DNA of 64,000 nucleotides from Alphaproteobacteria bacterium (lineage in GTDB: Bacteria; Pseudomonadota; Alphaproteobacteria; MPNO01; UBA830). Below the pieces are notes generated by a model. It saw nothing but the letters and a program-made list of their open reading frames with translations, did not search any database and was not told the DNA's origin. Each line of letters opens with the position of its first letter. The stretch's first letter is position 1. Positions 39,111 to 48,533 of the stretch are shown in pieces. The translations under genes were made by a program, and so were the position numbers. The DNA lies in contig OZ251539.1 of assembly GCA_965243135.1 (NCBI GenBank), positions 1,536,001 through 1,600,000 on the forward strand, written 5' to 3'.

Positions 39111-39267
39111 AGCCGGGCACCGAACGGGTTGGACTTCCCGTCCGGACATTTCGGCAAGCGGGGCCGCCTCTGCGAACGGCCGACGCCTACGTCGCGGGTC
39201 GACAGGCGCGTTCGGCGACAGGCGCGTCAAGCCTTCCGCGACGGAGCGCAAGCGCTTCCACAGGCTG

Positions 39268-39296
39268 TTGAAAACTGGAGGCCGGACGCTTAAACT
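39268..39296 (+). promoter_or_regulatory. Putative sigma70 promoter of the UbiD cluster
   Basis: TTGAAA-17 bp-TAAACT, 41 bp before ATG 39338. Confidence 0.55.
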
Positions 39297-39337
39297 CCGG
39301 GCGTTCGCCCGGACGGCTCAATTTTCAACGGTCTGCC

Positions 39338-40999
39338 ATGAATGCACCCGCGACCGCGGCGAGAGCCGGGGCTAACGTTCCCGTACCCGACCTGCAGGCG
39401 CATATCTCGGCTCTGGACGAAGCCGGGCTGCTGCAGCGGATCGACCGGCCGGTGAACAAGGATGCCGAACTCCATCCTCTCGTGCGTTGGCAGTATCGCG
39501 GCGGAATACCCGAGCCGCGGCGCAAGGCGTTTCTCTTCACGGACGTGCGCGACGGGCGCGGGCGCCGCTACGAAATGCCCGTCGTCGTGGGCGCGCTGGC
39601 CGCGAACCGCGAGATCTATCGCATCGGCATGGGCGTGCCGCTGGACCGGATCGGACGGCGATGGGCCCAGGCGATCGACGCCCCCGTGCCGCCCGTCGAG
39701 GTCGCGGACGCCCCGTGCCATCAGGTCGTGACGACCGGCGCCGAACTGATCGGAGAGGGCAGGGGGCTCGACGCGCTCCCCGTTCCCGTATCGACGCCCG
39801 GCTTCGACAGCGCGCCCTACGTCACCGCCGGGATGTTCGTGACCCGCGACCCCGACACGGGAACGCAAAACCTCGGCACCTATCGCGGCGGCCTCAAGGC
39901 GTCCAATCGGCTTGCAGTGCGCATGTCGGCGCGCGAAGGCGGCGCCGGCGGCTACCTGCATTGGGAAAAATACCGCGCCCGCGGCGAGAGAATGCCCTGC
40001 GCGGTCGTGATCGGTTGCCCGCCGGCGGTCGCCTATACCGGCCCGCAGAAAATCCGGCGCGACGTGGACGAGCTGACCGTGGCGGGCGGCCTCGCCGGGG
40101 CGCCGATACCGGTCGTCCGCTGCCGGACGGTCGATCTCCTCGTCCCGGCCGACTCGGAAATCGTCGTGGAAGGCACCATCGACACGGAGTACCTCGAACC
40201 CGAAGCGCCGTTCGGCGAGTCGCACGGGCATATCGCGCTCGAAGATTTCAACATGATCTTCGAGGTCACTGCGATCGCCCGCAAGCGGAACGCCGTCTTC
40301 TGTTCGATCATCAGCCAGGTCACTCCTTCGGAATCCAGCGTCATCAAGCGCGTCGCCTACGAGCCGATGTTTCTCGCGCATATCCGCGACCATCTCGGCG
40401 TCAAGGGAATAAAACGGGTGTTCATGCACGAGCCGCTGACCAATCTCCGCCGCGTCGTCTTCCTGCAGATGAGCCCGGGAACGCCGCGCACGGAGATCTG
40501 GCGGGCGCTGTATGGAGCCGCCAGCCTGCGCGCCGATTGCGGCAAGTACGTCGTCGCCGTCAACGAGGACATCGATCCCGACAACGGCGACGCCGTGTTC
40601 TGGTCTCTCGCCTATCGCGCCGACCCGCAGAACGACGTCGCGATCCTGCCTCACCGCGATTCGGGGCATGGCCCCAAGGACAGGGACGGCCGCCGGCCCG
40701 GGGAGTCGACGCTCTTGGTCGACGCCACCCTCAAGAAAGAGATGCCGCCTCTGGCGTTGCCGAAGCGCGAGTACATGGTAAGGGCGAAGGAGATCTGGGA
40801 GGAGCTGGAATTGCCGCCGCTCCGCCCCGAAGTGCCCTGGCACGGATACTCGCTCGGCGACTGGACCGGGGAATGGGACGAACTCGCCGCGCGGGCGGCG
40901 CAAGGCGGCTATGCCGAAAACGGCGAGCGCAGCGCGCAGCGCAGGCGCTCGGGAATACGGCCGAACACTCACGTCAGGAACGCACGGGAAAGGGACTGA
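39338..40999 (+). CDS. UbiD-family (prFMN-dependent) decarboxylase, paralog 1
   Basis: AFLFT.V, DPDTG.QNLGTYR, VPADSEIVVEG, EAPFGESHGH, NEDIDP. Confidence 0.9.
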   Translation: MNAPATAARAGANVPVPDLQAHISALDEAGLLQRIDRPVNKDAELHPLVRWQYRGGIPEPRRKAFLFTDVRDGRGRRYEMPVVVGALAANREIYRIGMGVPLDRIGRRWAQAIDAPVPPVEVADAPCHQVVTTGAELIGEGRGLDALPVPVSTPGFDSAPYVTAGMFVTRDPDTGTQNLGTYRGGLKASNRLAVRMSAREGGAGGYLHWEKYRARGERMPCAVVIGCPPAVAYTGPQKIRRDVDELTVAGGLAGAPIPVVRCRTVDLLVPADSEIVVEGTIDTEYLEPEAPFGESHGHIALEDFNMIFEVTAIARKRNAVFCSIISQVTPSESSVIKRVAYEPMFLAHIRDHLGVKGIKRVFMHEPLTNLRRVVFLQMSPGTPRTEIWRALYGAASLRADCGKYVVAVNEDIDPDNGDAVFWSLAYRADPQNDVAILPHRDSGHGPKDRDGRRPGESTLLVDATLKKEMPPLALPKREYMVRAKEIWEELELPPLRPEVPWHGYSLGDWTGEWDELAARAAQGGYAENGERSAQRRRSGIRPNTHVRNARERD

Positions 41000-41001
41000 G
41001 C

Positions 41002-42717
41002 ATGGCGACGAAAATCGCGGAAACCGCGGCGCGGGGATACGCGGATCTGCACGAGCACATCGCGGAGCTTCGCAGGCACGGCCTGCTGCTCGAAATCGAT
41101 CGCGAAATCAACAAGGACACGGAAATGCACCCGCTCGTGCGGTGGCAGTTTCGCGGCGGCGTGCCCGAGGAAGACCGCAAGGCCTTTCTGTTCACCAACA
41201 TCGTCGACTCCAAGGGCCGCAGATTCGAAATCCCCGTTCTCGTTTGCGGCCTCGCCGGCAACCGGGCGATCTACCGGCTCGGAATGCGTTGCGAACTCGA
41301 CGATTTGAAGAACGTCTGGATTCGCGCCATCAACAACCCGGTCGAACCGCGGCTCGTCGACTCCGCGCCTAGCCAGGAACTGGTCTTTTCCGGAGCGGAC
41401 CTGCTGAACGGCAACGGCCTCGACGCCATTCCGGTGCCGATTTCGACGCCGGGTTGGGACAACGCGCCGTATTTCTCGTCCTCCCATTTCATCACGAAGG
41501 ATCCCGTCACCGGCATCCAGAACATGGGGAACTACAGGGGGATGCTGAAAGCGCCGAACCGGCTGGGAATGAATCCCTCGACCGAACTGCGGACCGGCGG
41601 CTACATGCACTGGCTCGAGTGGAAGAAACTCGGAAAGCCCATGCCGGTCGCCGTCGTGATCGGCGCGCCGCCGGTGGTTTCCTTCACGGCGGTTCAGAAG
41701 GTGCCGGAAAGCACCGACGAACTCGCGGTCTCGGGCGGTCTGGCCGGTGCGCCGCTCAATGTCGTCAAATGCGCCACGGTGGATCTCGTCGTGCCTGCCG
41801 AGGCGGAAATCGTCGTCGAAGGCTACGTGAGCACCGAACTTCTGGAGCCCGAGGCGCCGTTCGGGGAATCGCACGGCCACGTCAATCTGCAGGAGTACAA
41901 CGCCTACCTCGACGTGACGGCGATCACGCGCCGCCGGAACGCCGTCATGACGTCCTGGGTCAGCCAGGTGACGCCGTCCGAGTCGAGCACCATCAAGCGG
42001 CCGGCCTACGAGGCCCGCCAAATCGAGCATCTGCGCGACCATCTCGGCATCAGGGGCATCAGGCACGTATCGACGCACGAACCCCTGACGTCGCTGCACA
42101 AGTTGATCGTCGTCGTGGTCGAGCGCGGCGTTCCCCGCACGGAGATCTGGCGGGCGCTTTACGGGGTCGCGTCGCTGCGCCAGGCCGAAGGGAAGTGGAT
42201 CATCGCCGTGAACGAGGACATCGATCCGGACGATACCGATGCCGTGTTCTGGGCGATGTCCTACCGGTCCAAGCCCCACAACGACGTCGAGATCCTCAAG
42301 CACAAGCACGAAGGCCACGGTCCGCGCAGCCTGCTCGATTCCGAGGACAGCGCGGTTCTCGTGGACGCCACCCTCAAGGAAACCTTCCCGCCCGTGTCGC
42401 TGCCGAAGCGCGAATACATGGAGAGGGCGAAGGAAATCTGGGAGGAACTCGAACTTCCCAAGCTCTCGCCGAAGGCGCCGTGGTTCGGCTACGACCTCGG
42501 CGAATGGAACTCGGGGCTGGAAGCGATGGCGCGTCGAGCGGTCAGAAGCGAGTATTGGACCACCGGCCAGATCATTGCCCAGCGCCGCCGCGGCGACGTG
42601 CCGATAAACACGGAGGTGCGCACTCTCGACGAGGGCAATCCCGGCGCGGGCGACGAAGCGGACGAGAGTCTCGCGTGGGACAGGCTGGAAGACGCGTCCC
42701 AGGTCAAGGACGGGTAA
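41002..42717 (+). CDS. UbiD-family decarboxylase, paralog 2
   Basis: QNMGNYR, VPAEAEIVVEG, EAPFGESHGH, NEDIDP; starts 2 bp after the paralog 1 stop. Confidence 0.9.
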   Translation: MATKIAETAARGYADLHEHIAELRRHGLLLEIDREINKDTEMHPLVRWQFRGGVPEEDRKAFLFTNIVDSKGRRFEIPVLVCGLAGNRAIYRLGMRCELDDLKNVWIRAINNPVEPRLVDSAPSQELVFSGADLLNGNGLDAIPVPISTPGWDNAPYFSSSHFITKDPVTGIQNMGNYRGMLKAPNRLGMNPSTELRTGGYMHWLEWKKLGKPMPVAVVIGAPPVVSFTAVQKVPESTDELAVSGGLAGAPLNVVKCATVDLVVPAEAEIVVEGYVSTELLEPEAPFGESHGHVNLQEYNAYLDVTAITRRRNAVMTSWVSQVTPSESSTIKRPAYEARQIEHLRDHLGIRGIRHVSTHEPLTSLHKLIVVVVERGVPRTEIWRALYGVASLRQAEGKWIIAVNEDIDPDDTDAVFWAMSYRSKPHNDVEILKHKHEGHGPRSLLDSEDSAVLVDATLKETFPPVSLPKREYMERAKEIWEELELPKLSPKAPWFGYDLGEWNSGLEAMARRAVRSEYWTTGQIIAQRRRGDVPINTEVRTLDEGNPGAGDEADESLAWDRLEDASQVKDG

Positions 42718-42721
42718 GGCC

Positions 42722-43050
42722 GTGGCCGCGAGAGGGGCGACGACCGCCGTTGCCAGTCTCGGGGCGGTCGAAGCCTTCGGGAAGCCGGACGTTCTCGTCG
42801 ACGCCGCCGCGGTCTTCACGCCCGTCGACCGGGAGGGTTTCGACGAAATCCAGTCGGAGGACGTCGCGACGGCGGTTGACGTCCGGAGCATCCGGCTCGG
42901 CCGTCGCGCCGCGGTCCGGGAGATGGGCAAGGGAGGTTGCGGCGGGAACGGTCTCCGTCTGCGGCGGCGAAAATCTTCAAGGAATCGCCGTATTTTCTCC
43001 ATGCCTCGAAGGCGGCGCTCCTCGGCATCGCGCGGGAAGTCGAGGGCGCG
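42722..43050 (+). pseudogene. Decayed SDR oxidoreductase remnant
   Basis: EAFGKPDVLVDAAAVF...AAVREMGKGG then, in another frame, LHASKAALLGIARE; no intact Rossmann or YxxxK motif. Confidence 0.6.
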
Positions 43051-43260
43051 GAATCAGGGTCGGCGCGCCGACCGCGAGCGAAAACGTCAAGACGCGCGCC
43101 AACGGGCGGACGGCCTCGTGGGCGCCTTCGTCTTTCTCTCGGCGGGCGGGTTTCGTCGCCGGCCCGACGGCGGCGGCTCCGCCGCGCGGTGACGCGGCGA
43201 GAAACGGTGCGGGCGTACGGAACGTAAAAATATCTTAAAACAGCGGATTACGGTGCGTAG

Positions 43261-44916
43261 ATGACATACGACATCAAGAAACGAGGCGGGGGTCCGGCCC
43301 GCGCCTATCCCGACTTGCACGATCATCTCGACGCGCTGAGACAGCGCGACCTGCTGATAACCGTCGATCGCGAAATCAACAAGGACACCGAGCTCCATCC
43401 GCTGGTGCGCTGGCAGTTTCGCGGCGGCCTGGCGGAGGCCGACCGCCGGGCTTTTCTGTTCACCAACGTCGTGGATTCCCGAGGCCGCCGGTTCAATATC
43501 CCGGTTGCGGTCGGCGTGCTGGCCGCGAACCGCGACATCTACCGCACCGGCATCGGTTGCGAACTCGACGAGATCGAGGCCGTCTGGAACCGGGCCGTCT
43601 CCCGCCCCGTCGATCCGGTCGAGGTTCGCGACGCGCCTTGCCAGGAGATCGTCTATCGGGACGCCGCGCTCGACGTGGACGGGCAGGGCCTCGACGGCAT
43701 CCCCGTGCCGGTCTCGACGCCCGGTTGGGACAATGCGCCCTATACGACCCTTTCCCAGTACGTCACCCGGGATCCCGACACCGGCGTTCAGAACATGGGC
43801 AACTACCGCGGCCAGATAAAGGGCCGTCGGCGGATGGGAATGAACCCGTCCCTCGAATTGCGGCCTGGCATCTACGTCCACTGGGAGAAATACCGCGAGC
43901 GCGGCGAAAAGATGCCTGCCGCCGTCATTCTCGGCGCGCCGCCGGCCGTGACCTTCACGTCGGCGATCAAGCTGCCCGAAGATCTGGACGAACTTCGCGT
44001 CGCGGGCGCGCTCGCAGGATCGCCCGTCAACGTGGTCAAGGCGGTGACCGTCGACCTGCTGGTGCCGGCCGAAGCCGAAATCGTGATCGAGGGCCTGATC
44101 GACACCGAATACCTCGAACCCGAGGCGCCGTTCGGCGAATCCCACGGGCACGTCAACCTGCAGGAATACAACGCTTTCATGGAGGTTACCTGCATCACGC
44201 GCAAAAAGGACGCGATCCTGACGTCGATCATAAGCCAGGTAACGCCGTCGGAGTCCTCCGTGATCAAGCGGGTCGCGTATCAGCCGCTGTACACCCGCCA
44301 CCTTCGCGACCACCTCGGCATAAGGGGCGTCGTCAGGGTGTCGATGCACGAACCCCTGACCAACATTCGCAAGCTGATCGTGATCGTGTGCGCCAGGGAC
44401 ATGCCGCGGACCGAGATCTGGCGGGCCCTCTACGGAGCTGCCGCGCTGCATCGCGCGGCCGGGAAGTACGTCATCGCGGTCAACGACGACATCGATCCCG
44501 ACGACGCCGACGCGATATTCTGGGCGATGGCGTATCGCGCAAATCCGGCGCTCGACGTCGAACTCCTCAAGCATCGGGACCAAGGCCACGGGCCCCGCAG
44601 CGCCCGCAACGGCGGAGAGGACGCCTCGCTGCTGTTCGACGCGACCCTGAAGGAGGACTTTCCGCCGATATCGCTTCCCAAGAAGGAATACATGGAAAAC
44701 GCCCGGCAAATCTGGGAGGAGCTCGGGTTGCCCGAGCTCAACCCTCGCAAGCCGTGGTTCGGATATTCGCTCGGGGAATGGAGCGACGAATTCGACGCGA
44801 TGGCGCAACGCGCCGTCGAAAGCGACTACTTCACCACCGGCGAAATCATTGCGCAGCGACGGCGGAACGACGTCGCCATGAACACCGAAGTCCGAACGCT
44901 GAAGGACGATGACTGA
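43261..44916 (+). CDS. UbiD-family decarboxylase, paralog 3
   Basis: QNMGNYR, VPAEAEIVIEG, EAPFGESHGH, NDDIDP. Confidence 0.9.
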   Translation: MTYDIKKRGGGPARAYPDLHDHLDALRQRDLLITVDREINKDTELHPLVRWQFRGGLAEADRRAFLFTNVVDSRGRRFNIPVAVGVLAANRDIYRTGIGCELDEIEAVWNRAVSRPVDPVEVRDAPCQEIVYRDAALDVDGQGLDGIPVPVSTPGWDNAPYTTLSQYVTRDPDTGVQNMGNYRGQIKGRRRMGMNPSLELRPGIYVHWEKYRERGEKMPAAVILGAPPAVTFTSAIKLPEDLDELRVAGALAGSPVNVVKAVTVDLLVPAEAEIVIEGLIDTEYLEPEAPFGESHGHVNLQEYNAFMEVTCITRKKDAILTSIISQVTPSESSVIKRVAYQPLYTRHLRDHLGIRGVVRVSMHEPLTNIRKLIVIVCARDMPRTEIWRALYGAAALHRAAGKYVIAVNDDIDPDDADAIFWAMAYRANPALDVELLKHRDQGHGPRSARNGGEDASLLFDATLKEDFPPISLPKKEYMENARQIWEELGLPELNPRKPWFGYSLGEWSDEFDAMAQRAVESDYFTTGEIIAQRRRNDVAMNTEVRTLKDDD

Positions 44917-45054
44917 ACCGGCGGCCCGCGGCGAATTCCAAACCCGCCAGCCGGGTTTGCGGCGCCGGAACGCCCCTGCCGGTTCTCTCGCTCGTCCGGG
45001 GCCGATTCCGGGCCGTCGGATTCCGCTTCGGGCGACGACGAACCGCGACGCCGA

Positions 45055-46899
45055 ATGATTCTTTCCTTCTTTCTTCCGGCGGGCGCCGTCCCGAGGCGCG
45101 AGGCGCGCTGGCTGGCGGCGGCGCTTCTCGCGGCGGCGCTGTTCGCGAGCGGAAAGACCGGGGCGCACAGCCACGGCGTCGCCATGCACGGCGAACCCAA
45201 GTACGGCGCGGATTTCCGCCATCTCGACTACGTCGAGCCGCGCGCTCGCAAGGGCGGCCAACTGCGGCGCGCCGTGACGGGCTCCTTCGACAGCCTCAAC
45301 CCGTTCATCGTCAAAGGCGTGGCGGCGCGCGGATTGCATATGGTTTTCGAGAGCCTCCTCAAACGGACGCAGGACGAGCCGTTCTCGCTCTACGGCCTGA
45401 TCGCCGAATCCGTCTCGATGCCGGAGGACCGTTCCTCCGTTACCTTCGCGTTGAGGCCGGAAGCGCGCTTTCACGACGGCAGCCCGGTCACCGTGGACGA
45501 CGTCGTTTTTTCCTGGGAAACCCTGAAGGAACGCGGCAGGCCCAATCACAGGCTCTATTATCGGCAGGTCCGGCGCGTCGAACGGCCGGACGCGCGGTCG
45601 GTGCGGTTCGTCTTCGATTCTCCGTCGCCGGATCGGGAACTGCCTCTGATCATGGGTCTGATGCCGATTCTCTCGAAGTCCTACTACGCGGCCGCGACGT
45701 TCGACGAGACCACGCTCGATCCGCCGGTCGGCAGCGGTCCTTACCGCGTGGAGAGCGTCGAAGCGGGCCGGCGCATCGTCTATCGCCGCGACCCCGACTA
45801 CTGGGGGCGCGACCTTCCCATCAACCGCGGACAGTACAACTTCGACCGCATCCGGTTCGACTATTACCGCGACGGCAACGTGACGATGGAAGCCTTCAGG
45901 GCCGGGAAATACGATCTTCGCCGCGAACACTCGGCGACGCGATGGGCCTTGGCCTACGATTTCCCCGCCGCGGCGGACGGCCGCGTCAGGCTCGAAAGCC
46001 TCCGGCACGGCAGGCCGTCGGGCATGCTGGCCTTCGCTTTCAATACGCGACGGGAAATCTTCGCCGACCGCGCGGTCCGCCGCGCCCTGGCGCATGCGTT
46101 CGATTTCGCGTGGGTCAACAAGGTTCTCTTGCAGGGCGCCAACGTTCGGACGCGGAGCGTCTTCGACAATTCCGAGCTTGCTTCGCGCGGCGTTCCCGAG
46201 GGCCGGGAACGCGAACTGCTGGAGTCCTTCCGCGAGCGTCTGCCAGCCGAATTGTTCGAGAGCGCCTACGGCCCGCCGGGCGGCGAAGGCGGTCTCCGCG
46301 CCAACCTCCGGACGGCGCGCCGCTTGCTGAAGGCGGCGGGATGGAGCGTGCGCGAGGGAGCGCTGCGGCGGACCGCGGACGGAATCCCGATGGCGTTCGA
46401 GATACTGCTTGCGCATCCGGAAAACGAGAAGATCGCGCTTGCGTTCGCGCGCAACCTGAGGCGGCTGGGGGCCGAGGCGAAGGTTCGGACCGTCGACGCG
46501 GCGCAGTATCATTACCGGTTGAACGCCTACGACTTCGACATGATCGCCTACCGCTGGAGGGTGTCGCTCTCGCCGGGCAACGAACAGGCGTATTACTGGG
46601 GTTCCGCGGCGGCCGCGCAGGAGGGAACCCGCAACTATCCAGGGGTGCGCCATCCCGCCGTGGACGAGCTTGTCGAGCTGATGACGAAAGCGCGCCGGCG
46701 CGACCGCTTCGTCGAAATCGTCCGCGCCATGGACAGGGCGCTGCTGTGGGGGCACTACTTCGTTCCCTTGTATCATCGAAACGAGGACTGGATCGCCTAT
46801 TGGAACAAGTTCGGCCGTCCCGCGAACGTGCCGCTCTACGGAGTCGTTCTCGACGCATGGTGGGAAGATCCGGAAAAGGCGGCGGCGCTCCGACGATGA
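45055..46899 (+). CDS. ABC transporter family-5 substrate-binding protein (YejA-like)
   Basis: HGVAMHGEPKY, FDSLNPFIVKG, YGLIAESV, ARFHDG.PVT, GSGPY, SPGNEQ..YWGS. Confidence 0.92.
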   Translation: MILSFFLPAGAVPRREARWLAAALLAAALFASGKTGAHSHGVAMHGEPKYGADFRHLDYVEPRARKGGQLRRAVTGSFDSLNPFIVKGVAARGLHMVFESLLKRTQDEPFSLYGLIAESVSMPEDRSSVTFALRPEARFHDGSPVTVDDVVFSWETLKERGRPNHRLYYRQVRRVERPDARSVRFVFDSPSPDRELPLIMGLMPILSKSYYAAATFDETTLDPPVGSGPYRVESVEAGRRIVYRRDPDYWGRDLPINRGQYNFDRIRFDYYRDGNVTMEAFRAGKYDLRREHSATRWALAYDFPAAADGRVRLESLRHGRPSGMLAFAFNTRREIFADRAVRRALAHAFDFAWVNKVLLQGANVRTRSVFDNSELASRGVPEGRERELLESFRERLPAELFESAYGPPGGEGGLRANLRTARRLLKAAGWSVREGALRRTADGIPMAFEILLAHPENEKIALAFARNLRRLGAEAKVRTVDAAQYHYRLNAYDFDMIAYRWRVSLSPGNEQAYYWGSAAAAQEGTRNYPGVRHPAVDELVELMTKARRRDRFVEIVRAMDRALLWGHYFVPLYHRNEDWIAYWNKFGRPANVPLYGVVLDAWWEDPEKAAALRR

Positions 46900-47029
46900 C
46901 GGCGGGAAGGCCCCGGCTTCTCGCGATTCCCGCGGCGCTGGGCGGGGCGAGGCAGCGCCTCGTAGGCGGAGCCGTTCGACCGGAAATGCCCATGGATACG
47001 AAATACGCTCAGGAACTGCACGGTTGCCG

Positions 47030-47495
47030 ACGCCTATCCGGCGACGCTCAAAGAAGAATGGGCGGCGAAGCTGGCAACTGCGAGGCACCGCTCGCCGATC
47101 AGCCCGGCATTCGTTTCCCACTGCCTCAACCGCATCCGCGATCCGACACGATCATCGTTCGCGAATCGCCGCTGATGCAGGAATACGTCGACACGCAACT
47201 GCCGGGAACCATGCTTAATGCGGGATCCGCCTCCGGTCTCGGCCACGGCATGGGCGTCGCGCTTGGCGCGAAGCTTGCGGCAGCCGACAGGTTGGTGATC
47301 GGAACGGAAGGGATGGCCCCTATATGTTTAACGCTCACGTCTCTTGCCATTATGCCGCTGCGGAGCACCTGCCGATTCTCTGGGTGATCTTCAACCATGG
47401 ACAGCGGCAGGCCGTGCATCGTGCGACGATGGGGCTGAACCCGGACGGGTTTGCCGCGAAGGCGAACAGCCAACCGCTTACATATTTCACGGTTG
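47030..47495 (+). pseudogene. ThDP-dependent enzyme C-terminal remnant, multiply frameshifted
   Basis: Three frames: PISPAFVSHCLNRIR / DTIIVRESPL...GLGHGMGVALGAKLAAADRLVIGTEG(DG) / HLPILWVIFNHG...AVHRAT. Confidence 0.7.
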
Positions 47496-47519
47496 AGCGG
47501 TTCTTGGTCATGCCTATCC

Positions 47520-47548
47520 TTGACAGTCCAGAACCAAAGCCTTATGTT
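47520..47548 (+). promoter_or_regulatory. Strong sigma70-like promoter of the island operon
   Basis: TTGACA-17 bp-TATGTT, then AGGAGG at 47567..47572. Confidence 0.7.
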
Positions 47549-47580
47549 CATTGCATGTTCTCTTACAGGAGGCCATCGAA

Positions 47581-47739
47581 ATGGCAGTCGAGCATGTATC
47601 CCGCTTGCGCGGTTTCGACAGCGGCGCGTTCCGCGAAGCTTGGGACACTTGGCGGATGAAATCGAACGTCATGTTTGACGATGATAGCGCCCAAGTATTG
47701 AACTTGGCGTTTACCGGTGTATCAGGAGAGTGCCGGTGA
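47581..47739 (+). CDS. Small hypothetical protein (52 aa)
   Basis: AGGAGG 8 nt before ATG; stop overlaps the next start (GTGA). Confidence 0.5.
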   Translation: MAVEHVSRLRGFDSGAFREAWDTWRMKSNVMFDDDSAQVLNLAFTGVSGECR

Positions 47740-48533
47740 CCGTGGCTTCGGGTAAGCTCGTTTACGATATAGGAAGGGATCCATGTTCCGGGGCTGGCTA
47801 TAAATGGTCGAACGAAGAGTTGGAGGCTGCCGTTGACGGTCGGGTCGAGGCCATTCTGTTCGACGATGAAGGAATGGCAAATATCGAGGAAATTTTCGCA
47901 GACTTGGTTGACACCGAATTTGCTCAGCAAGGTCTCAAACGCGTTCTAGGGTCCCGTAGTGTGGTCGAGGATTGGCGCGTGGGCGAGGCGATTGCCGAAA
48001 GCTATCTGAGCGAACATCGTTCTTGCTGCTTTCCATGGCCGGACGGACGCGATGCACGAAAGAGTGGATCAAGCTTGCCGGGTGCCGATCTCGTAGGTCT
48101 GGGGAGCGACGACCATGGCGATTGCCTCGCTTTCGGAGAAGTGAAGACGTCCAGTGACCGCAACTATCCACCGGGTAGAATGTACGGGCCTACAGGATTG
48201 AAGCGACAGCTTGAAAATCTGAGAGACAACGAAGATATTCGCGATAATATTTTAAGGTATCTCGCCCACCGGGCCGGGAAAGCCAAATGGCGACCGCAAT
48301 TTGAAAATGCCGGAAAAAGATACCTAAAAAACAAATCAGACGTACAGATTTACGGGTTCCTCGTACGCGATGTCAAACCGCATGCGAACGATCTTAGGGC
48401 TCGTGTTCTGGAGCTTGCCAAGGATTGTCCGGCACTGATGAAAATCGAGCTTGTTGCGCTTTATCTTCCTGAAGGTAGCATTGATGGTATTGGAAAAACT
48501 GTGATTTCGAGACGGGGAGGGAGTGCCCCGTGA
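47736..48533 (+). CDS. hamA: HamA-like PD-(D/E)XK nuclease (Hachiman/AbpA-like)
   Basis: WRVGEAIAE...PGADLVG...FGEVKTS (GE, GxD, ExK pattern); GTGA-coupled to a Ski2-like helicase. Confidence 0.62.
   Translation: MTVASGKLVYDIGRDPCSGAGYKWSNEELEAAVDGRVEAILFDDEGMANIEEIFADLVDTEFAQQGLKRVLGSRSVVEDWRVGEAIAESYLSEHRSCCFPWPDGRDARKSGSSLPGADLVGLGSDDHGDCLAFGEVKTSSDRNYPPGRMYGPTGLKRQLENLRDNEDIRDNILRYLAHRAGKAKWRPQFENAGKRYLKNKSDVQIYGFLVRDVKPHANDLRARVLELAKDCPALMKIELVALYLPEGSIDGIGKTVISRRGGSAP

Noticed and set aside
39338-44916. Canonical ubiquinone-pathway ubiD
   Set aside because: Motif EAPFGESHGH and the catabolic context differ from ubiquinone UbiD (EGPxGDHTGYY-type); only family-level assignment is supported.
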